A stretch of 63,741 nt of DNA, filler included, from Globobulimina sp. (Eukaryota), in assembly GCA_003354225.1 (NCBI GenBank). It is 24 parts of 24 records of this genome, joined end to end, with 100 filler letters (N's around TTAATTAATTAA, not from the genome) between each part and the next. Parts side by side here need not be neighbours in the genome. Positions count along the whole stretch, not along the records: positions 37,255 to 39,814 come from PIVH01005984.1; positions 39,915 to 42,474 come from PIVH01005985.1; positions 42,575 to 45,133 come from PIVH01005986.1; positions 45,234 to 47,792 come from PIVH01005987.1; 20 more parts are not named here. One strand, 5' to 3'. How positions within the stretch are numbered: the first letter of the stretch is position 1; each line of letters begins with the position of its first letter. Position numbers and translations under genes: made by a program. Of this stretch, positions 37,559 through 47,892 are shown in pieces. The notes below the pieces were generated by a model. The model did not search any database, was not told the origin of the DNA, and saw nothing but the letters and a program-made list of their open reading frames with translations.

Positions 37559-37627
37559 TCTCACGTAGCTCAATTGGTAGAGCACTGTTTTATGCATGGA
37601 ATCCATGTTCAAATCCTGGCGTGAGAT
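37559..37627 (+). tRNA. Degenerate tRNA-like gene (pseudo-tRNA or SINE-like Pol III cassette); anticodon not assignable
   Basis: Acceptor TCTCACG/CGTGAGA; D-arm GCTC-AATTGGTA-GAGC; T-loop TTCAAAT with 4/5-bp stem; anticodon arm short and wobbly. Confidence 0.7.
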
Positions 37628-38131
37628 ATTGGCGGGATGGCGCATTAATACAGGTTTGTTTATATTTTTGTTGTTAAAATTATGGAAAAGCATTATAAAT
37701 TATATAAACAGAAATATCATTATATCATTAAAATGGAATTTTTTATGGTAAACAACATATTTCATATCGATACATTTCTTATGTTATATTTTTGCAAGGA
37801 TATATGTTATATTTTTTGCGGACGAGCCTGCGAGTTCGCTACTTATTTACACTCCTCCTCCCTCCTCCTCCTCCTCCTCCTGTCAAAAGAAAACAACAAA
37901 AAACATCATGGCTGGCTGAAATATATTTTGGATATCAATATTTTGGACTTTTTTTGGTTCCAAAATGTTTCTGGATTTAGGATTTTTGTTTGTTTGTTTG
38001 TTTGTTTGGTTTTGTGTGGTTTACGAGGTGAACCCACTTGGTCGACGGGCTGAGGTTTGGTTTGTTTGGTTTACGAGTGCAAAAAAGAACAATAATTATA
38101 TTTAAAGAACAATAATTATATTTCATTTGTT

Positions 38132-38476
38132 TCATTCGTCTTTGTCGTCTGATGACGATGATGAGAAATTATATTTGGGCGAATGTACAGCATGGCTTGA
38201 TTGGCTTTTTGGACTGTACCACCGTGGAGAAGCTTTTGGTTGCTTTCGTGATGACCAACGACTGCTCGATGATGATTCACAAGGCGATTTTACAGAAAAT
38301 TCATCGCGTACTGTTTCAAGTGTGGAAATTACCTTTTTTAAATCTGCTAAAGCACTGAGAAGTTCTGATGTAATTTCTGGAGTTGGTCGACCCGTAAAGT
38401 TGCGATCTGCGTTTAATAACATTCGTATGTGAAATATTTCTTTTTGTAATAGCATTCGTATGTCTTGTAGATCCAT
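38132..38476 (-). CDS. Small hypothetical protein (helical N-terminus, Ser/Pro/Lys-rich tail)
   Basis: 114-aa ATG-initiated intronless ORF flanked by simple repeats. Confidence 0.45.
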   Translation of the reverse strand: MDLQDIRMLLQKEIFHIRMLLNADRNFTGRPTPEITSELLSALADLKKVISTLETVRDEFSVKSPCESSSSSRWSSRKQPKASPRWYSPKSQSSHAVHSPKYNFSSSSSDDKDE

Positions 38477-38478
38477 AA

Positions 38479-38590
38479 TTGATTGTATGTAATTGAGTGA
38501 GTGATTGTATTGTATGTATTTGAGTGAGATTGATTGTATGTATTTGATTTATGAGTGATTTATAAGTGATTTATGAGTGATTTATATAAC
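38479..38590. repeat. Degenerate TGAGTGATT/TGTATGTA short-repeat tract upstream of the 114-aa ORF
   Basis: Multiple GAGTGATT and TTGTATGTA units visible. Confidence 0.7.
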
Positions 38591-39476
38591 TCATAATCAT
38601 AAATTTTGGATGCAGCTGATTGCAGTTGATTATATATATGGATTATATATTTTCAAATCTCTTGTTGGTGTGAGTCAAAACAAAAACTCGTCCGCTACTT
38701 ACGGGCTTCCCACACCGTAAACACTTTATTGTGAATGTTTATTTGTTTTTTGTAATATGTGGTATGGAGTGCTTATATTCTGTAATATAAAAAAATGAAA
38801 ATACTTATTGAACTGATTGCATTTTTGAGACCTGTTTGATAAGTTTTTAAAAAAATCAGTACTTATCGGAAAGCCCTAGTTAGTTTTGGGTTTTTGACGT
38901 GCATTATGGTTGGGATTGGTTGAGTTGAAGTTGTTAAGGAATTGTGTTATCCACGGGTGTGATACTCTCTTCTTTAGAATTTTTCTAATTGAATGAGATG
39001 TGTTATCCTTGCACTGAAGTTTATTATCAAAAGTCCATATGGTTTATTGTATGGTCACCTTCCTGGCAGTTCCTGCAACGATAGGTGGTTGGTAGGTTTA
39101 TCGTTGGTGATCGCCAGGAAGTAATCAAAGACACGCAGGATCAAAACATTATGCATTTGCATTGGGATGGATTGTCAGTCCGTGTTGCTTTTCTATCATA
39201 ACTTTTATATTTGAAGTGTGTTTGATGTCTTTGTAAGCTACTGGTGATGCCCGAAATTTGGCAGCAGTCATAGCCTCGTTTGTGACAGGGTGTTTTTTTG
39301 TTGTTAAGTTTGAATTTTGTCCCACTACTATTAAAAAAAAAAAAACAAGTTAGTCACTTATTTAGATCTATTATAATCAATGGCGGTTCAATTTGATACA
39401 AATGTTTCTTTAAACACACATTCGTCACACAATATGGACATAATACAAAAACAAAAAACATTGGTCATTTGATACT

Positions 39477-39814
39477 TTATGCAGTTTTTTTCGTAGTATC
39501 ATCAACATCCAAATTGCGTATCAACAACGTAACACCCCCAGTAACGCACAATTCTTTCTGTTGATTAATTCCAGCTATTGCGCATTTAACAAATTTCTTT
39601 CTCCCCAATACTTTCTTGACAGTGACTATACCGTTCAAATCATCATTGATATAAACAGGCAGTCGAAACCTTATATTCATATCAAACGCAATTGCGCCGG
39701 GGAAATGTGCTCCGATGGCAGCTGAAAATATTGACGCAGAAAACATGCCATGTATTATTGCGCCATCAAAGCCTTGCGCTTTGGCCATTGTGTCGTCATT
39801 GACATCATGCAATG
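39477..39814 (-). CDS. MaoC-like (hot-dog fold) dehydratase, 5'-truncated
   Basis: LHDVND..AKAQGFDGAIIHGMF..FPGAI..IRFRLPVYIND. Confidence 0.85.
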
Positions 39815-40640
39815 NNNNNNNNNNNNNNNNNNNNNNNNNNNNNNNNNNNNNNNNNNNNTTAATTAATTAANNNNNNNNNNNNNNNNNNNNNNNNNNNNNN
39901 NNNNNNNNNNNNNNAATCGTACATTGGATTTGCATTCTTTGTCACATATTTTATTGTGATATGGTCCGTTTTTATATTGCAGTGTTATTGGTTTTGTGTA
40001 AGGACATAAAATGGATATCGATGATAACGATGATAATGATGAACAAACAGAGTCTGTAGTGTCTGTCGAACAATTAACATCACAGAATTGAAGTGTTTGT
40101 GATCGTTTCTGTCAAATATTAACGGTGTACCAGTAATTACAAATGCATACAAATGGAGATGTATCTATGTATATACACTAAACTGATCGTAATTTGTGCG
40201 ATTTATGCGTTATTTGCTGATTGTTGTAACGAATGTGTTTGCTTTTAAAGTTTGAATTATTTTTGATACTTTTTAAATTCAATTTATTTTTGATTTTAAT
40301 CAATTTTGTGCGAATATCACCAATTTCAATCAATGAACATAACCGTTCAAACTGTTGCTGAGTATCAATTGCTCCAAATTCATGCACAATATTGATTGTT
40401 CTCATGCACTGAACACCAAATCCATAGGAAGTTCCGGTATGTATCATCCTCAAAGATTTTAAATATTCAATAATTTTTCGTTGGTTGTTTGATTGTGACT
40501 TTAAAGACTCATTTAGTAGTAACTGTGATGGATTGATAAACATGTATAGTGACTATAGTCAGATCAGTCAAGTTGCGACATCATGCAAAGTTCAAGTAGT
40601 TTTCAAAAATTCCAAAACGTTTTGTGGCTCTTATTTATAC

Positions 40641-41471
40641 ATGGCACTGTTAGAGACAAATGAAGGTCATCAGAATATGATAGAACATGCAGTAAATGAT
40701 TCGGTTGAACCTGATCCAGAGTTAATGGAATTTATTAAACAGTACAAATTGCAACAAATTGCAAAGAAATTAATTTCAGAAGGGATTACCATCGGTTTTC
40801 TATTGGAAGAGTCAGAAAATAGCATCAAAGAAATTGCTCAAGAATTAACAGTAAAGTCAATTCAACAAAAAAAGTTTATTTATGCTGTCAAAAATATGAA
40901 GCAAAGCAAATGTCCGAACGTTGTGAAACATCATGATATTGATATGAAGGAGCAATCAGTAGTCATTGCAACAGATGAATGGGACAAAAATCTGATGGGT
41001 TCTAAATTATTGGTTGACTCCAATATTTTGACACAAACTGGCAATTGGAATCAAACAGCATTTTTAACCAATATAGTATCTGAAGGCAAACATCAATGGA
41101 CATTTAAATTGACTAAGTTTAGTGGGTCTAATCTAACCATAGGTGTTTTTATCAATGATTTTGATCCAAAACCAAGTCTGAATGGATTTTTCCATTCAAT
41201 TACAAGTAGATCGTATTCGTTACATGCAAATAACGGGAGGCTTTGGAAACATGATGCTTATAACTTCAAAGATGGAATATATGCGGATCCGTGTAAACAA
41301 AATGACATAATTTCAATGTATTTGGATATGAATACGTTACAGCTGTCTTTTTCTATCAATTGTAAAGATTATGGAAAGGCATTTGATGTAAAACAGACAA
41401 CATACAGAGCAGTGGTAAATTTATATAAACAATGGACTCAAATACAGCTGATATCTTATCAACATGATTGA
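40641..41471 (+). CDS. SAM-like + SPRY/B30.2 domain protein
   Basis: SAM-like EFIKQYKLQQIAKKLISEGIT; SPRY VSEGKHQWTFKL, IGV, NDIISMYLDM..LSFSINCKDYGKAF, YRAVVNL. Confidence 0.7.
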   Translation: MALLETNEGHQNMIEHAVNDSVEPDPELMEFIKQYKLQQIAKKLISEGITIGFLLEESENSIKEIAQELTVKSIQQKKFIYAVKNMKQSKCPNVVKHHDIDMKEQSVVIATDEWDKNLMGSKLLVDSNILTQTGNWNQTAFLTNIVSEGKHQWTFKLTKFSGSNLTIGVFINDFDPKPSLNGFFHSITSRSYSLHANNGRLWKHDAYNFKDGIYADPCKQNDIISMYLDMNTLQLSFSINCKDYGKAFDVKQTTYRAVVNLYKQWTQIQLISYQHD

Positions 41472-41635
41472 TTTATATATGTTTCCAAATTAAAGAGAAA
41501 ATTAATACAAAAAGTGTGTGTTGCGTTGTGTTGTTTAAAAAATTACATTTAAACCCAGGTAGTGCCGTAGCTAGTGAAGAATGCTGTCGTCATTTTAACC
41601 GAATTTAGCAACAGTCGTCATACACTACAATAAGA

Positions 41636-42474
41636 ATGATTAATTTATTAACATTACTTGCGATATCAAGCATCTCCCATTTCGATGCAGCAGCAGCCAT
41701 ATCTATGACAGTTGGCGATGTATCCCTGACTTCTTCCGTAGTTGGCAGCGAATTATTAATCCTGTTAACCAAAGAACCATTTACATGCAGCGCAGGCGTC
41801 GAATTCAACGGTACGACCACCGAACCCGACACCATTCTATATTACAACGTAAAGATCAACGGCGCCACAGTCGACACTGGCGAGCTAGTTATGAGCGATA
41901 TGAATGTTTCCTCCATCGAATCGAACGAAATATCCACCGAAGAAACTGGCAATATCGAAATTACAATGAATGTATGGTTCGACGACACCGATGGTGCCAC
42001 CGCCAACACCACCGAAATAACTGCGGCAGGATCAGGCGAAATATATTCAATCACCGGTACTCTTTGCTTGTTTGCATTTTCGTCACTCGATATTTACGTG
42101 TCTCTGTATAACTGCATCCAGGTTTCACCACTATGGTGCCGTTAATTTTTGTGGTGTTTTTAGCATTGGCGTTGCAAAACGTGTACGTCGCGCTTTATTT
42201 AGGTATCTGGATTGGCAGTTTTATCATTTCTGGTCTCTCGTTTCGATATGCTTTTGAAATGTCGCTGGCAACGTACATATTAGGCAGCGCAGCCCACGAA
42301 GACCACCAATTCGTCATATTATTCACTGTTTTTCTATCTGGCTTAGTATACTGAATCCAACGCAGTGGCGGCACCAAAGGCTTCTCCGCCATGGTCAGCA
42401 GCTTCGCGAAAAACGCGAAATGGACGCAATTCGCCTGTTTCGTGGCTGGATTAGCAATTTTCTTTGATGATTAT
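41636..42474 (+). CDS. NhaC-family Na+/H+ antiporter-like transporter with N-terminal extracellular domain; intron 42057-42121; in-frame TGA at 42352-42354; 3'-truncated
   Basis: GFTTMVPLIFVVFLALALQNVYVALYLGIWIG...FTVFLSGLVY*IQRSGGTKGF...GLAIFFDDY matches NhaC motifs (SGG, IFFDDY). Confidence 0.8.
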
Positions 42475-42984
42475 NNNNNNNNNNNNNNNNNNNNNNNNNN
42501 NNNNNNNNNNNNNNNNNNTTAATTAATTAANNNNNNNNNNNNNNNNNNNNNNNNNNNNNNNNNNNNNNNNNNNNTTATTGTTTCTGAGAAACGAAGGCAA
42601 ACCTATATTATTTTTACCTTTATCAGTCACCAGAAACGGTTTGCTTACACCTTACCCCAGTAAAAATCTGACGCTGAAGACCGGATGCTCTTTTTGTTGA
42701 CAAATTCAATAATTTTGCTATGTACATAATTCTCTCACATTTTGAACCAACATTTTGACGAACAAATTGTTTTTTTCTTTCTCGCGTCTTTGATGTGTGA
42801 TAATAAGCACCACTTAATGACGTGGACAAAATTTTGAAACATTTTCTTTTGCTGACTGTATTTCAGATTATATATCGTTTTCCGAATTACGCAATGCGAG
42901 AACATTTAACAAGACATGTTAGAAATCCGTATTTATACTATTAATAAAACAATAGATTACACCAAGTTTTACAATGCAAAAAAG

Positions 42985-45127
42985 TCATCTTTTCGATCTA
43001 TACAACCGGACAACTTTCCGCGTCGTGCCAGTGGTTAAATTCTGTTGCAAGGCTTGTTTCTCATCAATTTTAGTCAACAAATAGTCAGAGTCTGATAACG
43101 TAATCGTAGTTTTATTCCCAATCTGTAGCTGTTCCGTCAACGCAGCCAATTGCGTATTATATTCATGCCATTCCTCGCCATATTGCACCTTCCATACAAT
43201 AATATGTTGATCAGTGCACAATATCCTTTCCGCCTCATCAATCGCCAAAGACAGCGGATTTATCCGTTCACCATCACCATGTTCACCACTATGCGCTGCC
43301 TGCTGTGCTCCACTACGATGTACATGCACACGGTCATGATGCGCATCATTATGACGTCGCTGCGGCACAAACGGCCGCACCGCAACATGATTCCTACCGT
43401 AATGTCCCCCATTCCATCCCCCAGAATTCCCCCTAAATTGGGACTGATTCTGCTGTATAACCGATGCAAAGTATTCAATTTGCTGCGCTTTTTCTACATC
43501 TTTCTGTGTGGGCTTAACCTGCAAACACTTATCACCCACTTTCTTCCCATTCATGCTCACCAACGCTCGCGCCGCGTCCTCCGCAGATGCAAAGTTGACA
43601 AAACCGTACCGGAAATCCAACGTTTTCTCCAAAATGTGACACGTTCGAATCTTGCCAAAAGACTCAAAGATTTGTTGTAGATGGCTCTCAGTGATCGCAT
43701 GTGGGATATTGCCAACGTACAACGAAAACATTCCAAATGAGCTGTTACCGCCATTCGAGCTCACTTTGTTCTGCGTATTGGCATGGAATCTGCCATGAGA
43801 GCCACCGCCACCGCCGCCCCCACGGTTGACAGAGTTGTTCCAGTTTGAAAAAGCACGCTGAAATCCGCCATTCGCACCGTTCCAACCTCCTCGATTATGG
43901 TTGTAACCACGCTGAAAGTTGCCAGGTCTGTTCATGTGAGCATTGCTGTGATATCCACCGCCATGGGACCCTCTGTGCGCGGCATGGTAATCATTGTAAT
44001 TATGATCCCGATCCCGGTGTGTATGGGTTCTGCCTGTTACATTATCCAAAAATATGACGATACACAGTGTGATATATTTAGTTCAGGACAGTATATATAC
44101 CTTCATTCATATTCTTGTCGCGTTCAGACTTGTTCATAAATTTAGAAACAGTCAATTTTGGATGTATATAATCTCCGGTGCCGATGCCGTCCAATTTATG
44201 TATGGCAGTCTGAGCGTGCTGGAACTCGTAAAAAGCAATGCATGCCCACTTACCGTATGGCGAGCTCTTGGTTGAGATGCTCGCGATGTTATACTTGGTC
44301 ACTTCCTGCACAAATTCAATGATTTTCTTCTCGTCCCATTCCGCTGGAATGTTTTTAATAAATATCTGTTTATTGGGCCGCTCGTCCCTCGATTTGAACC
44401 ATTCTGCGCTGATCACATTGTCGCCTAATTTGATTTGCTTATTTTGTGCGGCTGTCATGGCTTTTTGCGCCGCTTCGAACGTGGCGTATTGTACGTATCC
44501 GTACGGCAATGTGCGCCCAGTATTTGTCGTTTTGACTTTACTGCTCGTGATGGTGCCATATGCTTCGAACAATGTGAACAGAATTTGCGAGTTCGTGTTT
44601 GGCGGTAAATTCTTAACAATGAGATTGGAATTGGTCCATTCTAATTGGTTTTTGCTTTTCAGCATCACTCGGCATGGATTGCCGTAAAATTTGGTGAAAT
44701 TCAGTTCGTCGATACACTTATTGGCATCGCTGAGGTTTGAATAGTAAATAAATGCGAAATTGAAGGGTCTGTTTAACTGTGCGTGGCAGTCAAATAATTG
44801 GATCCATATTAACTTGGCGATTTTGCCAAATACAGATAATAAATCTTTGCGTGTTACTAAGTGATGTAAGTCGCCCACAAATATCGCATTTGCTTCTTTT
44901 GCATCATCTGGCAACGGGATTTTCTCATTATTTTTCCCCGCTAATTCGGTCACGCCGATAATATCCGCATCAGTTTGCTTTGTAGGACTTATTTGTTGCG
45001 ATGGAGGCATGATAATATTGCTGTTGTTGTCTGTGTTGTTGTTGTTGGTGGTCGTCACCGTGACTTTTGTGCAGTTGTTTTGTTGTATTTTGTCTTTGAT
45101 TAGTTTGATGATTTGTTCATTGTTCAT
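42985..45127 (-). CDS. Four-RRM (PABP-like) RNA-binding protein with RGG-rich linkers and C-terminal WWE-like domain; intron 44100-44034
   Basis: RNP2 motifs IFVGDL, LIVKNL, IFIKNI, LYVGNI; RNP1 YGYVQY, YGFVNF; C-terminal WKVQYGEEWHEY...QQNLTTGTTRKVVR. Confidence 0.8.
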
Positions 45128-45233
45128 TTGGATNNNNNNNNNNNNNNNNNNNNNNNNNNNNNNNNNNNNNNNNNNNNTTAATTAATTAANNNNNNNNNNN
45201 NNNNNNNNNNNNNNNNNNNNNNNNNNNNNNNNN

Positions 45234-45272
45234 AATAATCTGTAAAAAACTGTAAATTCAAAGAGTTTACAG
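45234..45272. repeat. 39-bp exact terminal direct repeat, left copy (right copy 47754-47792)
   Basis: AATAATCTGTAAAAAACTGTAAATTCAAAGAGTTTACAG occurs at both contig ends. Confidence 0.97.
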
Positions 45273-45359
45273 TAAAAACAGTAATTTCAAACTGAAAAGC
45301 AAAAAGTTAAATGTTACCTTTAACATTTTATTATTAACCTATTTTCCTTCCACAATATC
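45234..45359. mobile_element. Right half of 211-bp MITE (TIR 45316-45351, TSD ACAATATC 45352-45359)
   Basis: TIR is a 34/36 reverse-complement match to 47661-47696. Confidence 0.85.
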
Positions 45360-47029
45360 CTTTTCTTTTTATATCAGTTAAATAAAAATGTGCTGTTGAT
45401 CTATCAAATCACCCTCCAATCCATGTCCATGTACAAGGTCATCATCATATTAATTCCAATCCAAATCATATTCTTTCTTTGTTTATACTAATTTTCATAA
45501 TCATTGACGTTAATGTTTTATAGGATCCAAATACTTTTGGGATTTTGGAACTCTGTTTTCTGTTTATCAGCAACGAATTTGTTACCCTATATCGTTTTTG
45601 ACACCCTGCAATTCATTTGATTTTGAAAATTAGTTTAATTGTATTTGGTGGTTGCTTATTGTTTAAGTTTCTGGTGTAATTCCTTTTCTGCCGACTTTTC
45701 GAACTGAACGAAGAAATGAGATGTGTTCCAAAAATTCAGTACTAATCTGAGAGCCCTAGGTTTGCTCCATTTTCATTTCTGTGTATCTCAACGAAACAAA
45801 ACAGTTTGAACGCAGTTGTATATATCAGATTGTTTCCACAACACTAAAATTGTGACTGTTTTTTTAGCTGTTTGTTGTTGACAGGATTAGCTATAGTGTA
45901 TATTTAGGAGTTGAATTTCTCTTATTTTAAAAATAACTTCAAAAAACAGTTTATTTGTCAACCGTAAATTCAGTAAAGAAGACGTTATAAATAGTAAGTT
46001 GACACAACGCGACCACAAAAGACAACGAACAACAGTGATAAACAATGAAATGGATTTTATTATTTTTATGTTGGGTAACCGCAACCGCAATAAAATATAA
46101 CAACGCAACCGCAATAATAATAATAACATGGCGATTAGATGCTGATATAATTAAAGCCAATGATTGCGAGTATATTTGCAATGGTACTATTCATAACCTA
46201 TAATATGTTTTCAATGGTACTATTTTCCAATTTTACCAATTTAAACTCTTCCTATCATTTCTATCAAATATTTTTATTTCATTTTTGTTTTTGTCCTTTT
46301 TACTTTTTAATATCGTATTTATTCCATGTTGCATTTAGTGTTGCTGTTAAAAATATCATTTTACAATATAAATTATTTAAATTGGTGGATATTTTTATTT
46401 AAAGACTCAATCAAAAGATTTCCTTTTTTCTCTTTTCTATATACATTATATATTTACTCACGTGTATTTACTATACCCATTATTATCCCCCGCGACTGTA
46501 TTATTTTTTTAATTATTTATGCATCAGCTATGTGTTATTATATGTGTATGTTTCCATGCCATATTTAATAGATCCCTTGTGTGATTGTAATGACGTGAAT
46601 TTTTGAATTTTTGAATGCATGCATCCTAACTTCTGGGTCCAAAACAGTGGTCTGCCGTTGTTCCGCCGTGGTTTGTTGTCACACCGTTGTTTGCTGTAAA
46701 GCTGGGATATGGATCACAAATCACCAATACTATCATCTGTATCAACCTGACCAATTGACTATGTCCAACTAAGTATTTTTCGAGACCGTTACATTTAATG
46801 TCTCCTTTACAGTCCAATGTCTTTTATATTGGCGATCCTAAATATGATTTTTACGAGTGAATTTCGTTTAAAAGTATCGACGAAGAAACAGAAATCATAT
46901 TTGGGACAATCTAAAATCGACCCTTCCCGATTTACTTTTTTCAAGAATCGACTTTTTTTGAAAATCAATTACAAAGCATTGGGGAGTCATATGGAAGATG
47001 TGGATTATGTTTATGAAGAAGATTATAAT

Positions 47030-47110
47030 ATCCACCTAGCGCAATTGGCAGAGCATTGGTTTGAATGGATTGCAAACCAAATGGATGTAGGTTCGAATCC
47101 AACGGTGATG
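47030..47110 (+). tRNA. Degenerate tRNA-like gene with enlarged anticodon arm (possibly Phe-GAA-derived with intron-like insert)
   Basis: TAGCGCAATTGGCAGAGC A-box/D-arm; TTGGTTTG/CAAACCAA 8-bp stem; GGTTCGAATCC B-box; imperfect acceptor and T stems. Confidence 0.65.
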
Positions 47111-47290
47111 AGATGCAGCGAGAAAAAGAAGCAATGCCGTAGGCAATTTCTTTTACTGTTTCTGTTCCTTGTCATTTTGCCGTTGGTGACCCACACGTGG
47201 TGACCCAGTTGCTTTTGCGTTGGTGAGGATAACACTGTGTTGGACTGTGGTGGTTCAACTGTACCAAATAGCGGAACCGATGTTGGCTCC

Positions 47291-47426
47291 ATGCTCGACA
47301 TTGGGCAATTAATGTCGGGCATTTAATGTTACCATGCAGACAGTTTTGCGGAAAAGTTTTTAGACTGCCGCAAATCTGTTTCACAACTACAAAAGCTCCA
47401 CACTTATGTTCCGCAAAAAAGGTGCC
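47291..47426. repeat. Hairpin (47291-47322) plus conserved module, copy B (47309-47426)
   Basis: ATGCTCGACATT-8nt-AATGTCGGGCAT; TTTGCGG..CCGCAAA; four YCRCA boxes. Confidence 0.85.
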
Positions 47427-47652
47427 GAATTTTGAAAATTATAAGAATTATCTTTATTCACATTTTGGTGGTGGAAATTATGATCAAATGTATATGGAAA
47501 TGGTGATTTTTCATCACACAACATCATAGAACATGATTATATGCTTTATTTTGCGTTTTAAGCTCATTTTAATCAAACTTAATATCCAAACTTAATTCCA
47601 AGCATAGTTTTGTTGATCCGACAATTAACTGTCAGATCTTCTCCTTGCACAA

Positions 47653-47792
47653 ACAATATCGGAAGGAAAATAAGTTAATAATAAAATGTTAATGGTTCCC
47701 GATGAAACACAACCTTTAAGAATTCAATTTTGACTTTCAATGTTTTTATTTTGAATAATCTGTAAAAAACTGTAAATTCAAAGAGTTTACAG
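47653..47792. mobile_element. Left half of 211-bp MITE (TSD ACAATATC 47653-47660, TIR 47661-47696), continuing across the contig junction
   Basis: GGAAGGAAAATAAGTTAATAATAAAATGTTAATGGT; same 8-bp flank on both sides. Confidence 0.85.
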
Positions 47793-47892
47793 NNNNNNNN
47801 NNNNNNNNNNNNNNNNNNNNNNNNNNNNNNNNNNNNTTAATTAATTAANNNNNNNNNNNNNNNNNNNNNNNNNNNNNNNNNNNNNNNNNNNN

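Noticed and set aside
38943-39010. DnaA-box-like TGTGTTATCC(AC) pair
   Set aside because: Only two imperfect copies in AT-rich eukaryotic DNA; chance is sufficient
43150-44687. Plus-strand ORFs of 149-176 aa (similar cases at 35255-35683, 49338-49934, 50568-51248)
   Set aside because: Antisense shadows of well-supported genes on the opposite strand
46817-47203. 128-aa ORF as protein of the closed unit
   Set aside because: It runs through the tRNA-like cassette and has no recognisable motifs; probably spurious
47291-47322. CRESS-virus rolling-circle origin in the closed unit
   Set aside because: Loop GGGCAATT is not a NANTATTAC nonanucleotide and no Rep ORF is present
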